From contig CAVXPZ010000001.1 in assembly GCA_963763775.1 (NCBI GenBank), positions 672,001-736,000 on the forward strand: DNA of 64,000 nucleotides, given 5' to 3'. Source of the DNA: an uncultured Chloroflexia bacterium (lineage in GTDB: Bacteria; Chloroflexota; Limnocylindria; Limnocylindrales; CSP1-4). Below the pieces are notes generated by a model. The model had not been told where the DNA came from and searched no databases. It saw nothing but the letters and a program-made list of their open reading frames with translations. Both the position numbers and the translations under genes were made by a program. Shown here one piece after another: positions 32,116 to 41,165 of this stretch; position 1 is the first letter of the stretch; every line of letters starts with the position of its first letter.

Positions 32116-33004
32116 CGGTCGGCGGCTCGAGCCGTGCGCGCGCCGACCGGAGTCGTGCCTCGATCGCGCCCTCGTCCGGCCCACCGGGCCGCTCCAGGGC
32201 CTCGAGCCACGAGTCGATGGCATCGCGCAGGTCATGCAGTCGCGCGGCGATCGCAGGCGCGTTCGTCGCAGCGATCGCGGCGCCCATCGCCGGGTCACCG
32301 CGCGCGACCCGGGTCATGTCGCGCCACGAGCCCGCCGCGAGGGCTGCGGCGTCCGGCCAGTCGTCACGCGCGGGTCCGTGCGGGGCCCCGGCGACGGCCT
32401 CCACGAGCGCGGCCGAGAGGACGAGCGGGAGATGGCTGATCCCGGCCACGGCCGCGTCGTGCGCCGCGGCGGTCATCACGACCGGGCGAGCCCCGCAGGC
32501 CTCGGCGAGGGCGGTGACGGCCGCCACCGCGGCCGCGTCGCCGATCGCGGCGGCGTCGCCGGGGACCACGACCCACGGCCGTCCCTCGAACAGTCCGGGC
32601 ACGGCGGCGTCATAGCCCGAGGTCTCCAGACCGGCCATCGGATGCCCGCCCACGTAGCGGAGCCCGAGCGACCGCGCACGGTCGAGCACGGCGGCTTTCG
32701 TACTCGCGACGTCGGTCACGACCGCGCCCGGTCGCATCGCCGTCGCCCACGGCCCCGCCAGCTGGTCGAGCAGCCCGAGACACTCGGTTGCCGGCGCAGC
32801 CAGCACGATCAGGTCCGCGTCGGCGATCGCCGCCGCCGGTCGGTCCGCGGCGACCGCGATGACCCCCTCCGCGAGGGCAGCGGCCGGACCGTGGCCCGAG
32901 GGGCTCCAGGCCGTGACCTGCCACGACCGCGACGTCGGGCCTTGGTGCAGGGCGCGCGCGACCGACCCGCCGATGAGGCCGAAGCCGAGGATCGCGACGC
33001 GCAC
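32108..33004 (-). CDS. tyrA: Prephenate/arogenate dehydrogenase
   Basis: GFGLIGGS, TDVASTK, GGHPMAG, HDAAVAGISHLP, WRDMTRVA. Confidence 0.92.
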   Translation of the reverse strand: MRVAILGFGLIGGSVARALHQGPTSRSWQVTAWSPSGHGPAAALAEGVIAVAADRPAAAIADADLIVLAAPATECLGLLDQLAGPWATAMRPGAVVTDVASTKAAVLDRARSLGLRYVGGHPMAGLETSGYDAAVPGLFEGRPWVVVPGDAAAIGDAAAVAAVTALAEACGARPVVMTAAAHDAAVAGISHLPLVLSAALVEAVAGAPHGPARDDWPDAAALAAGSWRDMTRVARGDPAMGAAIAATNAPAIAARLHDLRDAIDSWLEALERPGGPDEGAIEARLRSARARLEPPTDG

Positions 33005-33036
33005 GAGCGGTCCGGCCGTCGGGCCGGGCGACCCGG

Positions 33037-33327
33037 TCAGTCGACCCAGCCGGCGCTGCCGCCGCCTGGGCTGCCGGACGAGCCGCCGCCGCCCCGGCGG
33101 CGATGCTGGCGCCGATCGCCGATGCGTCGCTCGCCCTCGATGTCTGGCGGGCCGGGGTCATCCGGCGGGTTCTGCCGCCGGTGGTGCAGTCGCCGGTCGG
33201 TGTCGCGGCGTTCCTCGTTGAGCGACGCGCCGCAGCGGGGGCATCGACGCTCCTCCGAGAAGAGCGACTCGAGGGGCGCGACGGTGTAGATCTGCCGGCC
33301 GCATGCCCGGCACGCGAGTCTCGGCAT
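33037..33327 (-). CDS. Small Zn-ribbon protein with Arg-rich [DE]RR repeats
   Basis: CRAC...CPRC, then ERRDTDRRLHHRR and ERRIGDRRQHRRR; ATG overlaps the trpB2 TGA. Confidence 0.75.
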   Translation of the reverse strand: MPRLACRACGRQIYTVAPLESLFSEERRCPRCGASLNEERRDTDRRLHHRRQNPPDDPGPPDIEGERRIGDRRQHRRRGGGGSSGSPGGGSAGWVD

Positions 33328-34697
33328 CAGATGACCGGCAACGAGGCCAAGGCTGCCTCGACCTTTTCCGCCGGGTACTCGTAGTCCTCGAGGTCACCGG
33401 ACAGGTATCGCTCATACGAGGCGAGGTCGAAGTGGCCGTGCCCGCAGAGGTTGAACAGGATCACCCGGGCCTCGCCGGCCTCGCGGGCTTCGAGGGCCTC
33501 GTCCATCGCCACGCGGATCGCGTGGGTCGGCTCGGGCGCCGGCAGGATCCCCTCGGCCCGGGCGAACCGGACGCCCGCCTCGAAGCTGGCGCGCTGGTGG
33601 ACGCTTCGGGCCTCGATGTCGCCGTGCTCCTTGAGGAGGCTGACGAGGGGCGACATCCCGTGATAGCGGAGCCCGCCGGCGTGGATCGGGTCCGGGATGA
33701 AGTCCGCGCCGAGGGTGTGCATCTTCACGATCGGCGCCATCTTGCCGGTGTCGCCGAAGTCGTACGCGTACACGCCGCGGGTCAGGCTCGGCGCGGCCTC
33801 GGGCTCCACCGCGATGATCCGGTGCTTGGCGCCCTCGCGGAAGTTGCGGCCGAGGAAGGGGAACGTGAGCCCGGCGAAGTTGGATCCCCCGCCGGCGCAG
33901 CCGATGATCACGTCGGGCGACTCGCCGGCCATCCCCATCTGCTCGATGGCCTCCTGGCCGATGACCGTCTGATGCAGCAGGACGTGGTTGAGCACGCTCC
34001 CGAGCGCGTACTTCGTGTCGTCGCGGGTCGCGGCGTCCTCGACCGCCTCGCTGATGGCCATCCCCAGCGAGCCCGGGCTGTCCGGCGTCTCGGCGAGCAC
34101 CGAGCGGCCGTAGTTCGTCGTCAGCGACGGACTGGCGACGACCTGCGCGCCATACGTCTCCATGAGGATCCGCCGGTACGGCTTCTGGTCGTAGCTGGCC
34201 CTGACCATGTAGACCTTGACCTCGAGGCCGAACAGCGCCCCGGCGAAGGCCATGGCACTCCCCCACTGGCCGGCGCCGGTCTCGGTCGCGATCCGCTTCA
34301 CGCCTTCCTGCTGGTTGTAGAAGGCCTGCGGGATCGCGGTGTTGGGCTTGTGGCTGCCGGCCGGGCTCACGCCCTCGTACTTGTAGTAGATGTGGGCCGG
34401 CGTATCGAGCGCGCGCTCGAGTCGATGTGCCCGGTAGAGCGGGCTCGGCCGGTACAGGCGGTAGGCGTCGCGCACCGGCTCCGGGATCTCGATCTCGCGC
34501 TCGGCCGAGACCTCCTGGCCGATGAGGGCCATCGGGAACAGCGGCGCGAGATCGTCGGGGCCGAGGGGCTGGTGCGTGGCCGGGTGGAGCGGGGGCGACG
34601 GCGGGACCGGGAGGTCGGCGGCGATGTTGTACCAGCTCCGCGGGATCCGCAATTCATCGAGGACGAACTTCGTCTGACGCGGGTCCACTGGCGACAT
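33327..34697 (-). CDS. trpB: TrpB-like PLP enzyme (TrpB2)
   Basis: [51 protein letters not shown]; no trpA nearby. Confidence 0.93.
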   Translation of the reverse strand: MSPVDPRQTKFVLDELRIPRSWYNIAADLPVPPSPPLHPATHQPLGPDDLAPLFPMALIGQEVSAEREIEIPEPVRDAYRLYRPSPLYRAHRLERALDTPAHIYYKYEGVSPAGSHKPNTAIPQAFYNQQEGVKRIATETGAGQWGSAMAFAGALFGLEVKVYMVRASYDQKPYRRILMETYGAQVVASPSLTTNYGRSVLAETPDSPGSLGMAISEAVEDAATRDDTKYALGSVLNHVLLHQTVIGQEAIEQMGMAGESPDVIIGCAGGGSNFAGLTFPFLGRNFREGAKHRIIAVEPEAAPSLTRGVYAYDFGDTGKMAPIVKMHTLGADFIPDPIHAGGLRYHGMSPLVSLLKEHGDIEARSVHQRASFEAGVRFARAEGILPAPEPTHAIRVAMDEALEAREAGEARVILFNLCGHGHFDLASYERYLSGDLEDYEYPAEKVEAALASLPVI

Positions 34698-34822
34698 CTT
34701 GCCCCTCCTGACCGGGCCTGCGGCGCACGGGAGGCGCACCACACCGGGGACGCGAGCCTAGCGCGCCCGACGGCCGGTGCGCAACCGGTGCGCGCCACGG
34801 CTCCGAGGACGCCACGCACCGG

Positions 34823-35443
34823 TCATCCCAGGGGCTGTAGCTCCAACGGCTCGTAGCGGGCCGGGCCACCACCGGTCAGGCTCTCGAACACCCCGATCCG
34901 GTCCACCGTGGCCGCGAGACTGAGGTCGGCCGCCGCCTCGATGAGGCTGTCCGCGATCGCCGCGCCGGCGGGCACGCCGTCGGACCGGGCGAGGGTCAGA
35001 TGGGCCCGATACGGCCGCGTCTCGGGCGGCCATCCGGCCGCGACGAGGGCCGCGTCGGTCGTCGCGGCGGCGTCGGCCAGCGCGGTCGCCCCGTCGCGCA
35101 CGCCGAGCCAGAGGGCCCGCGGCCGACGGCCTTCCGGAAAGGACCCGGCACCGCCGAGCACGAGGTCGAACGGCGCGATCTCGGTCGCGGCCTTCCGGAT
35201 GGCCTCCAGCGTGGGCTCGATCCGGTCGTCGAGCGTCGGGCCGAGGAACCGGAGGGTCAGGTGCAGGCCGTCGAGACGCACCCAGCGGACGTCCCGCCCA
35301 CCTCCGGGCACGCCGAGCGAGCGGACGCGCTCCACGAGGTCGGTGACGGCCGCGACGGTCGCCGCGGGCAGTGGCACGGCGACGAAGATCCGCCGCCCGG
35401 GCAGGTCCTTGCCGGGCCAGGTCCGCTCACGCGGGCCGGTCAT
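34823..35443 (-). CDS. thpR: RNA 2',3'-cyclic phosphodiesterase
   Basis: RIFVAV, two HxT motifs (LHLTLRFLG, AHLTLAR), PRALWLG. Confidence 0.92.
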   Translation of the reverse strand: MTGPRERTWPGKDLPGRRIFVAVPLPAATVAAVTDLVERVRSLGVPGGGRDVRWVRLDGLHLTLRFLGPTLDDRIEPTLEAIRKAATEIAPFDLVLGGAGSFPEGRRPRALWLGVRDGATALADAAATTDAALVAAGWPPETRPYRAHLTLARSDGVPAGAAIADSLIEAAADLSLAATVDRIGVFESLTGGGPARYEPLELQPLG

Positions 35444-35964
35444 CGGGAGCCGGTCTGGCCCGTCTCGCGCTCCCAGAGCTCGCGATCGGCGCTCAGGACC
35501 TCGAGGGCGCGATCGCGCTCGCGCCAGCCGCGCATCTTGACGGTCTTGTCCTCGAGGGCCTTGTACGTCTGGAAGAAGTGCTCGATCTCGACCAGCCGAT
35601 GCGGCCGGACCTGCTCGAGCCGTTCGATGTGCTGCTGGTGGGCGTCGCCGATCGCGACGCACAGGACCTTGAAGTCGAAGCCCTTCTCGTCGCGCATCTC
35701 GAGCCCGCCGATGGGGCGCGCCCAGACGTGACACCCGGTGAAGGTGGGCTCGTCGATGATCAGCAGGGCGTCGGTGTGGTCGCCGTCGCCGGCGCGCGTG
35801 CCCTCGATGAACCCGTAGTCGAAGTTGTAGAAGACGGCGCTCGAGAGGACCCGGTCCAGCCGGTAGACGCCGGCCTCCTCGTCGTACTCGTACTTGTTGC
35901 GGGACCCACGCGGGATCTCGACCACGATCTCGACGACGTCAGGGAATGCCCCGGGACTCTTCAT
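35440..35964 (-). CDS. ppa: Inorganic pyrophosphatase (family I)
   Basis: EIPRGSRNKYE, LDRVL, YGFI, DGDHTD, MRDEKGFDFK, FFQTYK. Confidence 0.93.
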   Translation of the reverse strand: MKSPGAFPDVVEIVVEIPRGSRNKYEYDEEAGVYRLDRVLSSAVFYNFDYGFIEGTRAGDGDHTDALLIIDEPTFTGCHVWARPIGGLEMRDEKGFDFKVLCVAIGDAHQQHIERLEQVRPHRLVEIEHFFQTYKALEDKTVKMRGWRERDRALEVLSADRELWERETGQTGSR

Positions 35965-36013
35965 GCCCGAATGCTACCCGAGGCGGGGGCAGAAGCCAGA
36001 CGTTGAGAGCGAA

Positions 36014-36133
36014 GCCGGCGTTCAGCCGCCGTCAGCGCAAGGCGGAGGCGAGCTCACGAGCGAGCGCACTCGACGGTGCGTGAGCGAGCGAGCGCAGCCG
36101 ACAACGCCGCGATGGCGGCGGATCAGCGCCGGC
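36014..36133. repeat. 120-bp palindromic intergenic element (REP/MITE-like)
   Basis: Ends gccggcg/cgccggc, inner ccgccgtc/gatggcgg, core gcgcac-tcgacg-gtgcgt. Confidence 0.55.
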
Positions 36134-37227
36134 TAATCGTTGTAGAGACGCTCCTCGATGAGCTTCTCCTGCACCGTCCGACCGTTCGGGTCGAAGCAGG
36201 AGAACTCGAAGTGCTTCTCGTACTCGAGGTCCACGTTGTCCTGGCCGCCACGGTTCTTCTCGACCGACACGATGACCCAGTCGCGGAACCGCTGCGCCTG
36301 GTACGGGTTGAACTCGATGTTGACCTTGGCGACGATGTGGTACTTCTCGTTGAGGATGACGATGATGTCGGCCTCGTAGTTGATCGCCGAGCTGCCGCGC
36401 AGGTGGAAGTTGCGCAGGCGCGAGGCCTTCAGGCCCTCCTTGTCGGCGGCCACGATGCTGACCATCGGCACGTCCTCGGCCAGCGCGATGTCCTTGAGGC
36501 CGTTGACGATGTACGTGACCTTCTCGGTCTCGTTCTCGGGCTCCGGGATCTGCGGCACCTTCTGCATGTAGTCCACGAAGACGACCAGCCGCCGGTCGCC
36601 CGACAGCACGCGGTGCTGCTGGACCAGGGTCCGGATGTTCTCGATCGTGCTCGCCGTCTGCGACCCGCGGAGCAGGAACAGGTTCTGCCCGTAGCGGGCG
36701 ATGCGGTCGAGCGAGGGGCGCAGCCGCGGGTTGTTCGCGAGCTGGGCTCCCGTGCCGCCGCCGCCGCCGTCGGCCATCCACGTGCCCAGGATCTCCTTGC
36801 GGACGTCGACGATCTTGATCGCGCCGGTCTTGTGCGGGAGGTGGGCCAGGGCGGATTCCATGGCGATGAGCCGGTTGAGCAGGTACGGCTCGTCGTGCTC
36901 GAAGCAGATGTACAGGACGTTCGCCTGGCCGCCGGACGCGATGTTGCGCGCCATCTGGAGGGCCATCGTCGTCTTGCCCGTGCCCTGCGCCCCGCCGATC
37001 AGCAGGAGCTCGCCGGCCCGCAGGCCGCCGCCGATCGTCTTGTCGAGCGGGGTGAACCCGAGCGGGACCGGCTGGTACTCCCCGACCTGTCCGCCGACGA
37101 CCTTCTCGTTGAGGTCGACGAGGACGTCGAGAGCCGATCGCGGCGCCATGCTGCCGTTCGCGGTGTCGAGTCGCCAGGACGCCGGCGCAGCGGCTTTCGG
37201 CTTCGTATCGGTAGCTTCGGTGCTCAC
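36133..37227 (-). CDS. DnaB-like helicase C-terminal domain-only RecA-fold ATPase
   Basis: GFTPLDKTIGGGLRAGEL, GAQGTGKT, VDYMQ, LKDIA, LRGSSAINYEAD, VEKNRGG; no DnaB N-terminal domain. Confidence 0.85.
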   Translation of the reverse strand: MSTEATDTKPKAAAPASWRLDTANGSMAPRSALDVLVDLNEKVVGGQVGEYQPVPLGFTPLDKTIGGGLRAGELLLIGGAQGTGKTTMALQMARNIASGGQANVLYICFEHDEPYLLNRLIAMESALAHLPHKTGAIKIVDVRKEILGTWMADGGGGGTGAQLANNPRLRPSLDRIARYGQNLFLLRGSQTASTIENIRTLVQQHRVLSGDRRLVVFVDYMQKVPQIPEPENETEKVTYIVNGLKDIALAEDVPMVSIVAADKEGLKASRLRNFHLRGSSAINYEADIIVILNEKYHIVAKVNIEFNPYQAQRFRDWVIVSVEKNRGGQDNVDLEYEKHFEFSCFDPNGRTVQEKLIEERLYND

Positions 37228-37396
37228 GTCGGCGCGGACCTCCCCGGGTGGTGCGGTGACGCAAAGGGTAGCACCCGGATAGGCCCGAATCACCCACCCG
37301 GACCCCCCGGAACCGCACAGGGTGGTGCGAACCGCGGCGGCCCGCGCACCGGCGGCGCGGCCGGGGCCGCTGGCTCAGGGCGGCCGGGCCGCTGGC

Positions 37397-38782
37397 TCAG
37401 CGCGGCAGGGCGGCGATCTCGTCCCAGGTCCGCACGATGGCGCGGATCGCGGATTCGTAGTTGCGCAGGTCCATCCACTCGTCCGGCGCGTGGGCGTTGT
37501 CGTTCGGCTGGACGAAGCCGAGCAGGACGACCGGCAGCCCCAGGACAGACTCGAAACTCGCCGTCACCGGGATGCTGCCGCCCTCCCGGATGAAGACGGG
37601 GGCTCGTCCGAACGTGGCCTCGAGGGCCCGGGCGGCGGCCTGCGTCGCCGGGTGGTCGATGGGGGTCAGGCTGGCTCGGCCGCCGCCGAGGGAGGTGACG
37701 GTCGTCGTCACGCCGGGCGGGGCGATCGCCTCGACATACGCGCGGAACGCCTCGAAGATCCGGTCCGGGTCCTGGTCCGGGACGAGCCGGCAGCTGATCT
37801 TGGCGTGGGCCCGGGCCGGGATGATGGTCTTGGCCCCGTCGCCCTGGAACCCGCCCCAGATCCCGTTCACGTCGAGAGTCGGCCGGCCGCCTCGGCGCTC
37901 GAGCACCTCGTACCCCACCTCGCCGACGAGCGATGGGACGCCGATGGTGGCCGCGTGCGCCGCCTCGTCGAAGGGCAGGGCCGCGAACGCCGCGCGGTCG
38001 GCCTCGGTGAGCGCGATGACGTCGTCGTAGAAGCCCGGGATGAGGACCCGGCCGTCGGGCCCCTTGAGCCCGGCGATGATCCTGGCCAGGGCATTGGCCG
38101 GATTCTCGACGACGCCGCCGAACCCGCCCGAGTGCAGGTCCACCGTGCTCCCGACGACGTCGATCTGGGCATACATCAGCCCGCGAAGGCCGATCGTGAT
38201 CGCCGGCAGGTTGCCCTCGAAGAAGCCCGTGTCGCTGATCACCGCCACATCGGCGGTCAGCCGCTCACGATTGGCCTCGAGCCAGCGCTCCAGGTGGATC
38301 GAGCTGGATTCCTCCTCGCCCTCGAAGAGGTACTTCACGTTCACCGGGAACGCCCCGCGGGTCGCCATGAGCGCGGCCGCGGCCATCACGTGGGCGTGGA
38401 TCTGGCCCTTGTCGTCGGCAGAGCCGCGCCCCAGCATCCGGTCGCCGTCGATGACCGGCTCGAACGGCGGCGTGGTCCACTCGTCGAGCGGATCCACCGG
38501 CTGGACGTCGTAGTGGCCGTAGACGAGCACCGTCGGGGCGTCCGCGGCATGGAGCCAGTCGCCGTAGACGACGGGATGCCCGCCGGTCTCGGCGACCTCG
38601 ACGTGCTCGACGCCCGCCGTCCGCAGCGCGTCGGCGAGCCAGCCGGCCGCGCGACGGCAGTCCTCCGCGTGCGCGGGGAGCGCGGAGATGCTCGGGATCC
38701 GCAGGAACGCCTGGTACGAGGCGATCCGCTCGTCATGGGTCGCGTCGAGGTGGGCGTCGAGGGCGGCGTACGGCTCGGTCAT
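37397..38782 (-). CDS. M20 family dipeptidase
   Basis: YGHYDVQP, GRGSADDKG, EGEEE, DLHSG, REGGSIP, NAHAPDE. Confidence 0.92.
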   Translation of the reverse strand: MTEPYAALDAHLDATHDERIASYQAFLRIPSISALPAHAEDCRRAAGWLADALRTAGVEHVEVAETGGHPVVYGDWLHAADAPTVLVYGHYDVQPVDPLDEWTTPPFEPVIDGDRMLGRGSADDKGQIHAHVMAAAALMATRGAFPVNVKYLFEGEEESSSIHLERWLEANRERLTADVAVISDTGFFEGNLPAITIGLRGLMYAQIDVVGSTVDLHSGGFGGVVENPANALARIIAGLKGPDGRVLIPGFYDDVIALTEADRAAFAALPFDEAAHAATIGVPSLVGEVGYEVLERRGGRPTLDVNGIWGGFQGDGAKTIIPARAHAKISCRLVPDQDPDRIFEAFRAYVEAIAPPGVTTTVTSLGGGRASLTPIDHPATQAAARALEATFGRAPVFIREGGSIPVTASFESVLGLPVVLLGFVQPNDNAHAPDEWMDLRNYESAIRAIVRTWDEIAALPR

Positions 38783-38884
38783 GGGTCCTCGGGGTGGCGT
38801 CTGTTCGGATGGGTGGTCATTGTAGGTTTCCCCACCGAGTACGATGGCGCACCTGGGCGTCCGAGCCCCATACGAGGAGCGTGC

Positions 38885-41101
38885 GTGGACATCGCGGCGG
38901 GTGACCCCAAGCATCTGGGCAGCGCCCAGGTCCCGAGCTGGCTGAACCGGCTGGCGGCGATCGGGTGGCGCGTCCTCGTGACGGTCGCGCTCGGCATCGT
39001 CATCTTCGGGCTGGCGGTCTACCTCTCGACCGTCACCCTGTCCATCCTCTTCGGGGTGATCGCGGTCGCGACGCTCGGCCCGCTGCAGGAGCGGCTCCTC
39101 GCGCGCGGCTGGGGTCGCGCCAAGGCGTCGGCCAGCGCGCTGCTCATCGCCGTGGCCGTCGTGATCGTGGCGCTCGTGCTCATCCTCCTGGCCGTGGTGC
39201 CGTCGCTCGTCGAGCTGGCGCAGAACGTCCAGGCGGGCGTGGCCAGGCTCGACGCCGACATGTCGACGAACGGGTTCCCGTCCCAGCTCGCGACGACGAT
39301 CGACACGGTGGTCGGACAGGTCCAGGCCTGGGTCGGGGCCGAGGCCACGTCCCTGGTCAGCGCGATCGCGAGCATCGCAACCATCGTCATGCTCGGCCTG
39401 TTCCTCACGTTCTACTTCCTGCTCGACGGCCAGAAGGGCTGGGACGTCGGCTTGCGGGACCTGCGCGAGTGGCGACAGGTCCGGATCCGCACCGCCGGCG
39501 ACGACGCGATGCGCCGGGCCGGCGGGTACATCCGCGGCACCGCGATGATCGCCTCGGTCGACGCCGTGGCCGCCTTCGTCTTCCTGACCGTCCTCGGCGT
39601 GCCGCTCGCCGGGCCCTTGGCCGCCATCGTCCTCGTGGCGGGCTTCGTCCCGTACATCGGCGGCGTCTTCGCGAGCGCCGTGGTCGTGCTCTCCGGGTAC
39701 GCCAGCGGCGGATTCACGACGGCCCTGATCCTGGTCGGCCTGATCCTGGTGATGAACATCGCCGAGCACCGCTTCCTCGGCCCGTCGGTCTACGGGCGGA
39801 CCCTCGACCTGCATCCCGCCGTGGTCCTCATCGCCCTGCTCGTCGGCTTCACGATGGGCGGCATCGTCGGGATGTTCGTGGCCGTCCCGACGTTCGCCGT
39901 CATCACCGAGGTGTCCGGGGCCATCATCGACGCCCTCGGCGAGCGCGACGCCGATGAGAAGGCCCTGCAAGCCGCCGACATCCCGGATTGGCTCGACCGG
40001 CTCGCGCAATGGAGCTGGCGGCTCCTCGTGGGCGGGGCGTTCATCCTCCTGTTCGTGGTGATCGCCGGGCAGATCCCGGCCGTCATCGGGCCGATCGTCG
40101 TCGCCATCACCCTGGCGGCGACGTTCCTGCCGGCCGCCCGGATCCTCGAGGAGCGACGCGGCTGGTCGCGTGCCCGGGCTTCGCTCGTCATCAGCATCGT
40201 GCTCTGGGTGACCGTCGCGATCGTCACGATCCTGTCGGTCGGAGCCCTCGTCGGCCCGGCGGTCGACTCGGTCCAGGGGTCGATCACGGCCGCGCAGACC
40301 GGGGCCACGACCGGCGGCGGGTCCCTGCCGACCGACGTGTCCGGCACGGTCTCGAGCCTCTCGAACGCCGTCGGGAGCGGGGTCCTCTCAGCGCTCGCCT
40401 CCCTCGTCTCGAGCATCGCCTTCTTCGTCCTGTTCCTGATCCTCTCGGCGCTCATGGCGTACTTCCTGTTGCGCGATGGCAGCAAGGCCTGGGCCTGGAT
40501 GACGGGGCGGATCGGCGGGTGGCGCGAGCGGGAGATCCGGGCCGCCGGGGATCGCGCCGTGGTGATGCTCGGTGGCTACATGATCGCGACGGGCGTGCTC
40601 GGCGCCTTCAACGCCGTCACGGGCTTCGTGATCATGACGCTGCTGGGGATCCCCTTCGCCCTGCCGGTCGCGGTGCTGTCCTTCTTCGGGGGGTTCATCC
40701 CGTACATCGGCCAGTTCGTGACGAGCGCGATCGCGTTCCTCATCACGGTCGCCTTCGGCACGACCCAGGACATCATCTTCATGGCGCTGTGGACGGCGGT
40801 CTTCAACATCGTCCAGGGCAGCGTCATCGCGCCGCTCGTGTACGGCCGCGCGGTCAGCCTCCACCCGGCGGTCGTGCTGATCGTCATCCCCGCCGGCTTC
40901 ACGCTCGCCGGCGTCCTCGGGATGTTCCTCGCGGTGCCGGTCGTCGGCATCGCCGGCGCCGTCTGGCGGCACGTCCTCGCGGCGATCGGCGAGATCCCGC
41001 CCAGCCTGCCGGATCCAGAGGCCGATGCCACCCCGACCACCGACGGCCCGGCGCCGTCGGTCGGCCTTCCCGCCGCCCCGCCCGACGCGGCCCTGACATA
41101 G
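38885..41101 (+). CDS. Double-length AI-2E (PerM) family transporter
   Basis: Two homologous halves, each with WL(N/D)RLA..WR, F(V/I)PYIG, P.VYGR..LHPAVVL, GMF.AVP; GAGGAG SD before the GTG. Confidence 0.88.
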   Translation: MDIAAGDPKHLGSAQVPSWLNRLAAIGWRVLVTVALGIVIFGLAVYLSTVTLSILFGVIAVATLGPLQERLLARGWGRAKASASALLIAVAVVIVALVLILLAVVPSLVELAQNVQAGVARLDADMSTNGFPSQLATTIDTVVGQVQAWVGAEATSLVSAIASIATIVMLGLFLTFYFLLDGQKGWDVGLRDLREWRQVRIRTAGDDAMRRAGGYIRGTAMIASVDAVAAFVFLTVLGVPLAGPLAAIVLVAGFVPYIGGVFASAVVVLSGYASGGFTTALILVGLILVMNIAEHRFLGPSVYGRTLDLHPAVVLIALLVGFTMGGIVGMFVAVPTFAVITEVSGAIIDALGERDADEKALQAADIPDWLDRLAQWSWRLLVGGAFILLFVVIAGQIPAVIGPIVVAITLAATFLPAARILEERRGWSRARASLVISIVLWVTVAIVTILSVGALVGPAVDSVQGSITAAQTGATTGGGSLPTDVSGTVSSLSNAVGSGVLSALASLVSSIAFFVLFLILSALMAYFLLRDGSKAWAWMTGRIGGWREREIRAAGDRAVVMLGGYMIATGVLGAFNAVTGFVIMTLLGIPFALPVAVLSFFGGFIPYIGQFVTSAIAFLITVAFGTTQDIIFMALWTAVFNIVQGSVIAPLVYGRAVSLHPAVVLIVIPAGFTLAGVLGMFLAVPVVGIAGAVWRHVLAAIGEIPPSLPDPEADATPTTDGPAPSVGLPAAPPDAALT

Positions 41102-41165
41102 GACGAGCGGGCCGTCGCCGGCCCGCTCGTGGTTCGCGTCAGAAGGCGGATCGCCCGCCGGGTTT

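Noticed and set aside
37284-37308. G-quadruplex motif upstream of the DnaB-like promoter
   Set aside because: Such G-runs are expected by chance at this GC content, with no independent support.
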